From: Desulfuromonadales bacterium
GTDB lineage: Bacteria > Desulfobacterota > Desulfuromonadia > Desulfuromonadales > BM103
Assembly: GCA_030614505.1 (NCBI GenBank)
Contig: JAUWTX010000001.1
Coordinates: 1-37,147, forward strand
Direction of reading: 5' to 3'
Length of the DNA: 37,147 bases
Shown: piece by piece, positions 12,401-24,400 of the stretch
How positions within the stretch are numbered: the stretch's first letter is position 1
How the letters are laid out: each line of letters begins with the position of its first letter
Notes under the pieces: generated by a model
What the model saw: only the letters and a program-made list of their open reading frames with translations
Told to the model about the DNA's origin: nothing
The model's database searches: none
Made by a program: the position numbers and the translations under genes

Positions 12401-15400
12401 GTTCCAGCCTTTCCCGTTTACCGTTGTTGAACTGGAGAAAAGCACGCTGTAATTATCCTGTTTCGGTGTGCCGTTGAGGATGATTCCTGCACTAGCGGCA
12501 TCGGTGGTATCAAAGCTGACCTTGAAGGTACTCGTACCATCAGCGGCCCAGATGCGGATCTTGGCGTTGCCGAGGATATCGACCAGTGCTTCGGCCCGAT
12601 AGGTTGTGGTAGTGTCGGTGATCATTGTGCCATTGATCTGTGCAGCCAGTTCCCTGGCAATCTTCGAAAGCGCCTTACTCTCTGCCGTAACGTCGAAGGT
12701 AAACGATTGCGAGACACCACCATCCAGGTCGATCTTCCAAATATCTTCCTGGTATGCGGAGCCGGTAAGGCTCACTACGACTTCGTGCCATTCCAGATTC
12801 GGATTCAGCGTGGTAATCACCGTGGTCTCTGTCAGCTCGGGGGCACCGCTGAAGACAACCTGGCCGGAGGGAGCACTGCCGTCGATCGTCAGGTCGACAT
12901 TGAAGGGATCAACGTTGCTGATCGAGAGAATCTCTTTGGAGACCGATTCAACATCAAGGAAAGTGTCGATTCCCGGGCCATCAAGGAAAGTAAACTCGAA
13001 CGGGAAGCCGTTCATGCGCGGATCGAATCCCGGCCGCTCGCCGTAGATGCCGCTGAAGTGGAAGGCTTCGTCGTCTGTGATCACCCCGTTACCTTCCAGG
13101 TTGGTGCTTGTGGAAGTCAATGTCCCATCGGACTGGCGCTTGTTGGTTTCTTCCGGCAAACGGAACGGATCGTTGAGGAAACGCTCTTCACCGACCAAAG
13201 CACCGCCCTGGATGGTCAACGGACCGCGAATGGCATTGACACGTTCCTCGAATTCCGGGAAGACCAGTGCGTCACTACCGTCGATAACATCATCATCAAT
13301 CGCCATGACGGTGACGATCTGCGGATCGCTCCAGTTTGAATCATCAAAAACTAGCTGCGGGGTGATTACAGCGCTGCCAAGGCTGTCAGGGCTTATGGTG
13401 ACAACTGCGTCGATATCCCAGGTTTGTGACAAAGTGGCATTGCTGATGGTCAGTACGCGACCGCGCAGAATGACATCGTACTTGTTTGTTGCAAGCAGTT
13501 TATCAGCCAGAATACTGGCAATTGTGGAGAGATCGTCCCTGAACTCGGTGGTGTAATTGACAGAAACAATGGCATCCGTATCAGCACCGAGATCGCTGAG
13601 GCTTAACGTCCAGAGTTCACCTGTAGCCACCTGACCGGTCAGTTCCACGGCCACGCTCTGGAAAAGATCGCTCTCGTCATGGGTGACTTCAACAGTGGCA
13701 CCACCGGCGGTATCCGGGGTAATGGCGAAGCCTGTGAAAAAGGCTGTGTCGGAAATTATGGTCAGCGGGATACCGATATAAGCGTCGCCGTCACCGGTGA
13801 AGGCCAGGGTAAAATCGTTGCCGAGGGTACTGGTGATGGTAATCGTATCGCCTTCGGCAACTGCTATGAAGTTAGCAAGTTCGTTGGTGCCGAAATGTGC
13901 ATTGATGCTGACTGCGAGTTCAGTAGCCACCTGCGCCAAGGTGTCATGCAGTTGTACCGTGTAACTGTGCGTGCTCAACGGATTCACACCATCATTGAGC
14001 GTGATCGTCCAGGTTTCTCCGGCTACCGGCGGACAGCTCAGCATGATTGAGCGGGTCGTCCCTTCAGTTGCCACAGTGTAGCCGATATCTGAAATACTGG
14101 CCCGCAGGGCGTCAGCCACATCCTGAAGCGTATCGTTTGCCAACACCTGGTAAACAAAGACGTCATTATTTGTCGCATCGTAGTTGGCCGCCACCAGAAC
14201 ACCACGACTATCGGTCGAGGCACCTTTAAGGGAACCGTCCGCCAGGTCAGCGAGGACCTTCTGCAACAGGGCATCGGTGCTTATGGTGGTGTTGACTTCG
14301 CCAGTCACGCTATCAATTCCGCCGAGAGTGACAATCCAGTATTCGCCGTTACTGACATTAACGGCGCCTATCAACTCAAGGATAGCGCGATCTGTCGCCG
14401 TGCGGACCTGAAGATCGCGGGTCTCACCAAAAGCGGCATCCGGGTTGAAAGCTTCGTCTGCATTGTAAGTACGGGTCAGTGCCGGCACCACGTCGACGAT
14501 GACGGTTGCGCCGGAATCAGGCTTGGCAGTCAAGACTACGGTATAGGTATCGGTGAGTGGTACTTCATCAAGTTCCATAGCATAGAGGGGATTACCAGCT
14601 TCATCAATCGGCTCCAGTGAGAGGAGCGAAGTAATTTCGTAACGGCTGTCAGTCTCCGGCAGGAATTCCCAATCATTCAGCGGCGTCAGGGTATATGCGC
14701 TGGTCTGAGAATCATACTCGGTAATCACGGCAACCTGACCCTTACCGTCCTCCTCAACAATAGTGAGAACCTTGTCCTTCAGCTCAATGGCGTTCAGATT
14801 GGTATCGTGCCGCTGAATCGAAGTGATCAATCGATACTGAAGCTCCGGGTAGACTGCTGAACGCTTGGAGCTGAAGTTCCAGAAGGAGATTGATGATTCG
14901 TAAACAAAAACCGAAGTCACCCGAATCCGGAATTCGGCAGAGTTTTCAATGCCCAGATCTCCATCGGTAAAGGTGTATTCAAGGAACGGATCAAAGAAGG
15001 TTTCGCTGCCTTTGTCGATCGGTGAGGTGGCGTCACGGGTGCCATCACCGTACCAGTTGCCGGCTATGACATTCCAGTTTGAGCCGACATACTGCTGCAA
15101 TTCGAGTGCAGGGGCGACCGTGATATTGGCCGTATCCAGAATCCGTTGGCCATACGCGTCATGCTGGCCGGTAAAGAATTCGTAGCTGTATTCAAGCAGG
15201 GTGCTGTGATCAATATCAAAAACAACGTGAACGGTGCTGTTGCTGGCGGCGCCAAAGGTGAAGGTATCCCTGCCGTTAGTAATTTCATCAACGATCGTCA
15301 CCGAGGATCCGGCTGCAAATGCATTGTAAGCGGCTTCGTTATCAATAACGTTGGCAATCCGGCTGGCGACGAAAGCCATGGTCAAGGTATCGTCCACCTG

Positions 15401-18400
15401 AAGTTTGTAAGTGTAAGACTTGCCGGACTGAACGATATCGACGCCATTCAAGGTAATCAGCCACTCATCACCAACACTCGGCGTTACTTCGCCATCAAGC
15501 ACGTACTCGACCCAATCGTAGCGTATGGCCGGGGCCGCCGAGTTTTGATTACTCAGAGCATAAGGCTGGAGCCTGGTTTGTTTGAAATCGGAAACATACC
15601 AGGCATCATCCACGATCACGGTTAAGCCGGAGGCATAAGCGTAACTTTGAACACCTGTTTCGCCATCAATTTTGTTGATTCCGTCATTAATAGCCGCGGC
15701 CAGGAATTGGGCCAGTGCGTTCGTGCCGAAGAAGGAACCCAACTCACTACCAACAGTATATTCAAAGGCACCGGTCTGCCCGCCGTTGGTCAGAATAAAC
15801 TTCCAAACGTCATGGATGGTGTTGGCATAAGCATCGTTGACAGGAAGAATGACTTTGACGACAGTTTGAACCGGCTTGCCTTTAACCAGTGCGGTCCCTT
15901 CGGGAATCGTCGTATTGGTGACACCATCACCAGAGACGCTGACGGCGAAGTCGATGTTGTCCAACCTGTAGACAAACAATTGGCCGCTATGAATTAAGGT
16001 GTTCGCTATTGCCGTATAAGAGCTACCGACCTCAGACTTGAGACCAGGGACAAGGTTCCCGTCGATTGTATAAATTGTCGTCCCCAGCTCAGTTGAATAG
16101 GTGACATCAATCGTCGCATTCGCAACAAGATCAAAGCTCCAGCTTTCACCTTCCGCAACCGGCCCGGTCAATGTGACGATTGCCGCCTTGACTGCACTGT
16201 CAATATTGCCACCGGAAACACTGATATCATGACGAGTTTCCTTCATAGTCACGGTGCCGACATTGCTGTCATCGTCTTTTGTAATCACCAGTTTTTCGGA
16301 GACAATAGAAGCATTATAAGACGTGGAATGCGGTGCCGTATTGATTGCTGCTGCAATGGCAGATTTGGTACCACTCATGGTACTGGCGACATTAGCAGTT
16401 ATCGAAATGCCAGCGATGGTGACAGTCCATTGGTTTGCAACGACAGAAGTGCCATCCAACTCATCCAGAGTTACGGTAACTGTCTTACCGCCAGCAGTGG
16501 TAACGATGTTGCTGCCGCTGACGGAAACGTCGTTGCGGCTTTCTGTCAGGTCAGAAGTGAAGGCCGTCGTGCTGCTGTTGACAATCAGTAAAGTATCCGT
16601 TGCAGTATCGTAGGTCGCCGTGTAAGTTTCCTCGACATTAATCTGAGCGACGAGCAGTGCAGCAGTGTTATCCCGTGAAGTAATAAAGTTCTGGGTAAAA
16701 TCCAAGACCCCGGGGAGAACCAGCGTCCACTCATCAGGAGAAGAACCATCGCCGGAACGACCAAGTTCAACGAGACTCAGCGTTGCCGCAGCATAGGTGC
16801 TGCTACCAGAGATTGAGCTATCCGTATGAGGCTCTGCCTTGGTAATACTGAAGCCACTCACCTGAGCACCGACGACATCCGCACCATAGAATGTCAATGT
16901 GTTTAATGGCGAGTCGACAATGATACTCAAACCACCGACCTTGCTTTCGAAATCACTTTCAAGGCCATTGGCGATCTGAGTCAGGCCGTCGTTGTAATCA
17001 GCTTTATATGTTGCCGTAATGCCCGCGACAGTGATGGACCAGACTTCATTCTCGTGGACATCTCCGGTCGTTCCCGTCCCAAGGGTGATCTCAAGTTTTT
17101 CGGTCGTACTGGCTGCATTCCAGGCGATCAGCTTGGTCTGGTCAGTGAGATCGGCAACAAGTGGCTGGCTGGAAGGTGTGGCATTGTCTATGATGGCACT
17201 GCCCTGCGGGGCATCTCCTTCGACCGAAACTTCAACGGTGAACCCGGCAGTTCCGGAAGCGGTGATCGTAAGCGTTGTTCCGGAACGACTGATAGTCAGG
17301 TTGTTTAGTTCCGGCGCGGAGCTTGCGTTAAACGCTGCAACCAGTTTGTTCGCAACGCTGTCCGGATTGTCAGAACCTGAGAGGGGCTGGAGATCAATCC
17401 CGTTAATTGTCAGAACCCAGTTGTCAGCGAAGACGGTTGTTCCCGTCAGAGTAACGTCAACACGGGCGAACTCAATTGGTTGCAGCCCTGAATCTTGAGC
17501 AAAGATCGAACGTTTGATGCTGGCGGCATCCTCAAGCTGCTGCTGCAATGGCCCCTCAGAATTGGCCCCCTTGAGAGTAAAGCCGGCCGTTTTTTGAATA
17601 CGCAGGCTGGTGGTGGATGTTGGCTGACTAATCGTGTAACCGGAAACGGTAGCATCGCCTTCGATAGCGAGTTCTAAGGCATCGACAACGGCAGCCAGGC
17701 TCGTTTTATCGGTGACCAGATAATCACGGTAGCCAATGCCCAGCAACCATTCATCAGAGGAATTTACCTGATCGGCAACCAGGGTCAGCGTAATATCGGT
17801 GTAGTAGATATTGCCATCAACCAGAGAATCGCCAAGTATCGTATCGGGAGAAGTCAGCATCTCGCGATTGATGATGAAGGAGTAGGTATCAGGACTGTAG
17901 GTGCTGTCTTCGGGATCGGCACTCTGTATCACCGTATAGGGTGTAGTGTAGTTAGTGGTGCCATCGAAACCAAGATCGGTATTGCCAACTTCCGGATCAT
18001 AGAAGGTGTAAAAATTATCACCATTCTGGTCGGTGGTCTCGTTATCAGGATCAAGTTCCTGGGCAGTATCGTTCCGGTCTTCATCCTCCAGAACAGGATC
18101 AGGGGCAAAAAGGAAAGAGTCTTCTGCATGTTCTTCAATTGAGATGTGCAGTTGGTAGTCGGCACCTTCGGGAACCCCGTCAACGTTATCCGGATAGATT
18201 GATGTCACCTCAATGAAATAAACACCGGACTGCTCGAAGTTGTATTCGAGATAATCATCCCAGAAAAGCGGGCTGCCCGGATCTCGAGTCGGCCACTGGA
18301 AGCCTGATCCGGAGGTGATTAATGAGGGAGTCTTCGGCTCTTCCGGATTCAGTGGTTCTGTGATCTCCCAGAGTCTCAGCCAGGCTGACCAGAAAAAGCT

Positions 18401-21400
18401 GTCGCCCAGATCAAGGCCATGGTCTATATCAAAGACGACCCGAAGTCCTTCAAAGTCTGAGAGATCGCCATCCGCCGCTACAAAGCTCTCCTGTGCGGCC
18501 AGAATCATCTCACCAGTGATTTCGAATTGATAGAAGTCTGCATTGCCGTCGCCCGTACCGAGGATCGTCAGGTGCGGCAGTTCGGTTGCCAGGGTGATAT
18601 TCGGATTGGCGTTGGTGTTCCACTTGCTGGTGTCGATATCCTGGGCATTGAAGACAGAATCGTGGATGCCGACTTCACGAGCCACCGAAGTGCCAAAGTC
18701 TCCAATGAACTTGATCAGGTTGGCATTGACGGCATCGGCCAAAGCAGCGCCAACTTCTGCCAAGGTATCGACGGTGCCGTCGGCATCACTGACCGCATAG
18801 CTGTAGGTTCTGAAATCGGAATCAATTGCAAGAGTGACCTTCCAGACTTCACCAACGGCCGGAACGCCATGCAACGGAATATCGACAACGCTGCCAGGTG
18901 TTGCCGGAAGCGTAATCGGGAACGAGTAGGTGGTCGTAAAGTCACCTGTGCCGGATTTATTAACGATAATCGTCGAATTGATGAGCACAGCACTGAAGCC
19001 CGTAGCACTGCCGTCTGTATTGTCCGTATTAACCTTACCCGCCAATATTTCTGCAACCGTATCGGTTGTATCGGTCGCACCAATCACATACTCGTAGGTC
19101 AGATTGGCAACTTTCAGAGTGACAATTTTGCCTGTTTCCGGCAGGTTGCTGATTCTGGTAACAGTTCCCGTGCCAACGACGTGAGTTCCGTTGCTCTCAT
19201 AGCTGTAGCCCCAGCTAAAGATGCTATTGAAAAAGAACTCGCCGATCGGAGTAATGTTAAAGCTGGTACTAAAGTCGCCGCCCGTAAGGTTTTCGATAAT
19301 CAGCGTCAAACCAGATGCCGAGGCTTCATAGTTGTAAGCATAAGGATTGTTGTTGATGGCACTGGCCAGAGCTTCCACAATTTTTACCAGGCTATTGACG
19401 GCACCACCGACTGTGACGGAGTTGCTCAGTCCGTCGTAAGTAACTGTCCAGATCTCGCCATATTTGATCGTCCCACCTAATACAACTGAAGTAACACTCG
19501 CATCAGAGGTGGTTTCAACAATAGCCGAGACGGCAGTGAAAGGAGCATCTGTGTTGTTGACTATCTTGACAGTAGCCAGATCGTTTATTTCAGTAGCAAG
19601 CGCCAAAATCACGTCAGAGAGAAGGTTGCCGGACTCCACCAGATAGCTGTAGAGGCTGGTTTCCCCTTCAGTGGTCAACTCAATCTCCCAGAGCTGCCCG
19701 GGGATTACGGACTGACTGCCAAGATTGAGGGTCGACTTGATACCGGCACTCGGTGCATCGCTGATAACAGACGAACCAGCGATGTTGACGGTTACACTGA
19801 AATCAGTGTTGATGCCGACTCCTGTAGAGCGGTTGGTAATTTCCAGGCTGTCCTCTGCTGCTATCGCCGTGTAGGTGGTCACGATAGGTGCGTTGTAATC
19901 TATATTCCCGCCACTACTGTTGACGGTAAGGACCAGGGTAAATGGTGCGCCAGTGATACCAAAGAAGATCTCGTCACTTCTGACCAGTAAGGTATCCGGC
20001 AGGGTCGGATCCTCTTGCAGTGCAATATTCCAACTGAGATAGGTCGGGTCTTCGGCAGCTAACGTACCCGAACTATCCTGGTTGATATAAGCGGCTTTGT
20101 CGATCAGGGTGTTCAGAATATCGCCAAGACTCTCACCATTCGTCACGAAATGGGTGGCTTTATAAGTAATCGGTTCCGGCACGCCACCGTCGTTGTTCAG
20201 AACAGTCAAAATGACTGTCCAGGTTTCACCATCGCCCGGGACACCAGTCAGGCGGAGACGGGCTTCATCGGTGGAGCTCAGGAAGCCTGAGCCAAGCAAC
20301 ACGGTTTCGGTCGGCTCGACCACCGTAGTGGAATCACCGGATTGCAGGATCAGGACACCAGGCGCATCGTTATCAATGATGCGGACATCATGGGAATCAG
20401 GCCGAATCACTTCACGATTGGCGCCAGCGGTATAGTCAGCAGACCGCCCATATAGAGTCAGCGTCCAGGAAACGCCCTCTACGATCATGTCGGCAGTCGC
20501 ACTCAAGGAAAGAACCCGCTTGGCCCAATAAGTCGGATCGCTGCTCTCGGTAGAGTGAGACGATAAGTCATCTACTGTACCACCCGTCGGCAATTCGCCA
20601 ACCTGAGACGCATTGTCGGCACGCGTGACATACACTGTAAACGGACTGCCATCAAGTGAGGTAACCACGAGAGAGTCACCAGTCGAGGACGTCGCTTCAC
20701 CAGAGACCGCGGCGCTACTCTGTGTGTTGATACCGACAACGTTAATCTCAATGGTGAAAAGTGAACCATCATCAGCGGCCAGATGAATTGTCTCGCCGAG
20801 GACCCCCGAATCCAGGTTGGAAACACCGGTGAAGTTGTCCTCCGCAGCAATGATTGCGGCAAGGCTGCTTGCGATATCTATCAGCGTTCCACCACTGGGA
20901 ACCGTGTAAGTTGTTCCCAAAGTAACGCCATTCAAAGTAACGGACCAAACATCGTCCTTGAGTTGTGTGCCAGTGATCTCCGCGTCGGCACTGAGATAGC
21001 TGGCAATAAAAAGATTACTATCCAGATTGATGGCATCGGCCAGGCCATCAGCCACATCACTCAGGGTTTCCGTGTCAGCGAGAACGTAGGAGAATTCTTC
21101 GCCATTGAGGATCACCGTCCAGACGGCACCAATCGCCGTTGCAGGACCACTCGTTACCGCCCCCATGAGTTGAATCTCTGCAGAAGTCCATGCCGGTTCA
21201 CTCTGATCATTGTCAAAGGTAACGTCTGCCATGGTGCCGGTATTCACAGCGCTGCCGTTCGACTCACCCGTGGCTGCAAAAGATACAGTAAGTAACCCGG
21301 CGCCGCTGAATGCGAGCACATCATCATCGTCAGCATCCGGGCTGTCAATAGTGTATCCGGCGTCAGTCAGTTGTTCTTGTAGGGCATTGACAACATCAAA

Positions 21401-24400
21401 CAAGGCATCACCGTATTGAACGGAATGAACAAACGCGACTCTATTCACAATCAGTACCCAGTTCTCACCCACCTGCGGCGTTCCGGAAAAAGTAACAACT
21501 GCGTTCGTAAAAGGAGCGCTCATTGCAGCATCAAAAGCATTGCCATCTATAACAAGGGAAGTGTTTGAAGTGGAGCTAAATCTAACGCCACTGACGTAGT
21601 CATTGCCTTCAGTATCCTTGCCGTCCGGGGCGTTGATTCCAACGGGAGCAACGGTGATTCGGATGGCGAAGATCGTCCCTTCAGCAGCCGTCACACGAAT
21701 GACACTTCCTATACCTGAACCGTTAAGTACCGTATCTGCTGTAACGTTTGCCTCAGCAGAGATAAGTCCGGCCAGGGTGCTTGCGATATTTGTCACGCTT
21801 TCCCCATATAGCACAGTGTACGCATCCACTTCGGTTCCATTGAGGAAGACTCTCCAAAGATCACCAGCAACGGGAACCCCGATAACTTCAATGTCAACAG
21901 CGGTATATTGGACGGAAGCATCCCGTTTTTGTTCGAGATCGCCATTGACCTTGGCAGCGAGGCCGTTGGTCACATCATCAACTGTAACTCCCAGAAACTC
22001 ATCCAGTGTGCTCTCGTCAACTTCGTGGTTGATCCGCGAGTAATGGGTGGCTTCCTTGTCGAAATCTTCTTCCGCTGCGATCGTGATTGATACCGGGATA
22101 TTCCAGTTGTCGGCATTGAAGCTTACCGAGTCCTGCGAACCGGTATTGCCGGCGCCACTGATTGAAATGACCCGCAACTGGCCATCTTCGCTCAGCCCGT
22201 CACTACCGATGTTGGTCAGATTAACAACGACCGTCCCTGTCGGAGCTTTGGTGAGAACAATCCGGTAAACATCCTGCAGCAAGGCCACCGGGGCCGGGTC
22301 GCTGTTCAGGCCGCCTTCAGCAACCAGCGTGTCATATTCGTTCGGGAAATCGGCAATCCCGGCATCATCATTGATCGGAGCGATCAAAACCGAGGCAGAA
22401 TCATCATCAACGACTTCGACCACGACACCGAGAGCAATCAGACCATCATACGCATCGCCATCCTTCGGACTGCTACCCTGAGTCACCTTGTGCTGGATGT
22501 TTATGTTGCGGATACCTTCGGCCAGCATGTCATCCGGGGCCGTGACCGTAATCATTTGCGGGATGAACCAGTTGGTGCGGGTGAAAAGTAACGAAACGCC
22601 ATCGACACTGCCATTCAGCGCGATGCCCTCACCACCGGCGCGCTGCTCGCTTTCACGCAGAGAGACCGGAGAAGCTGACACCAGCACGTTATCTTCCGGC
22701 GCACGGGTCAGAACGACCATGTATGTATTAAAAATCAAGCCCGCATCAGCCAGGGGGTCCTCAAAGACTCGCAACGGCCCCTGGTTCAGCAAGACGACGA
22801 TACCGGCCTCATCATTATCGGCAACATTCGCCGAAATATCCTGGACATAAACATTCTGGTAATCAGGATCGTCGCTGCCGACGGTGTTTATGATCAGACC
22901 GCTGTGACCCTCCAGATTGTTACTGACCACGGTGACTGCTTCACCGTTGCTACCACCAACGTGGAAGGTATCGCTACCTAGGCCGCCGACCACTTCCAGG
23001 GCCACATCTTTGCTGGTGCTTTCGATGAAAAAGCGGTCGTTGCCCTCAATGGCATCAACAACAATCTTTTCCAGGCCGGTATAGGTAACAAAGAGACCTG
23101 CACCGTAGACACCCTGGTCGCTGATGACGAAATCGTCACCGAATTCAGTGCCAATCACAGTCAGGGTGTCGAAACCATCACCGCCATCAATGCGTACCGG
23201 AGCATTAACAGTGAAGGAGATGAAGTCAGCTCCCTGGCCGCCGTTGATATTGGTGTAAGGCGCCTTCGGATCATTCGGGTCAACCTTGACAAAAGCCCGC
23301 ACGGTAAAAGTATCATCGTCCTCATCGCCGAAGAGGAAAAGCTCTGCCTTGTTGCTATAGACCGTAAAGTTGTCGTTGCCGACACCACCGAAGAGGGTGG
23401 TGTTTTCACTGATGCCGTTGCTCAGGAAGCCGCGGGTGATCTGGGTAGTTTCGAAGTAGTCTTCCTCGGCCAGACCGTTGTCCGGGTTGCTGCCGTCGCG
23501 CGCAGAGAGGAAGACCTGACCGATCTGAAAGGTATCGTTACCGGCATCACCGAAGATTACAGTTGGCGAGAGATTATCGTCGAGAACGAAGGTGTCATTG
23601 CCATCACGGCCGTAAATTTCGATGGCCCCGTTGATGTCGCCATCATAATTGATCCGTTCGATGACGCCGCCCTGCACCGGCTCACGATTCTCGTCAACCT
23701 CAATGGCCGCAACCATGCCCTGGCCGATATCCTGGTTGGCCCGCAACAGGAAGAAATCGGTCTCGTTGGTGCCATAGATGCGCAAACGATCGATGCCCGT
23801 ATCACCTCTGGATTCGTCAAACACGTTGATGCGTGAGGAAATTCCACCGGCCAGGCCGATATCGTACTTGTCGCTGCCTTGCTGGCCGTGCAGGGTCAAT
23901 TCACCATCAATGCCACTGACAAAAGTCTGGTCCTCGTTTTTATCGTAATTAACACGAACGATGTCGTTGCCATCACCCATATCAATCGTCGTGGTGCCGG
24001 ATATGCTGTTAATATTGATGACGTCGTTGGTGCCATTGATGAGGGGCGTCTCGTCACCGGTATCAATCTGTGTCACAGCTTCGTGGGTGGAATCAATATA
24101 CAGGCCATTGTCATTATTACTCAGCCAGAGAGTCAGCAGTTCGAAGCCCTGATATTCGATCCCCAGGATCATGCCGAGACCGACAATTTCATCAGACCTG
24201 AGCTCACCATTCTCTGCGGTGCCATCGCCGCTGTCATAAACCTTCAGGTAATCGTGACTACCCTCTTCATCAACAACGATAAGCCTGGCTTCGATGGCAT
24301 TTAAAGAGCTGCCGAACGCATCAATAGCACCAAGAATCTGGCCAACGTGCGCCGTGGTGTTACCGACACGAACGATATCGCTGCCGCCACCGGTCTCGAC

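Larger units (their letters stand above)
13270..20360 (-). other. Calx-beta-like domain 3, discontinuous (three pieces separated by large inserts)
   Basis: PGVLILQSGDSTTVVE (~20315-20362) ... DTYTVVLTAKP (~14519-14551) ... QLVFDDSNWSDPQIVTVMAIDDDVIDG (~13277-13357). The order matches the intact copy at 22405-22805. Confidence 0.72.

Noticed and set aside
480-21990. CRISPR array or DNA tandem repeat suggested by ~300-bp periodicity
   Set aside because: The periodicity is at the protein level. I saw no identical direct repeats with unique spacers, and the copies are strongly diverged in DNA.
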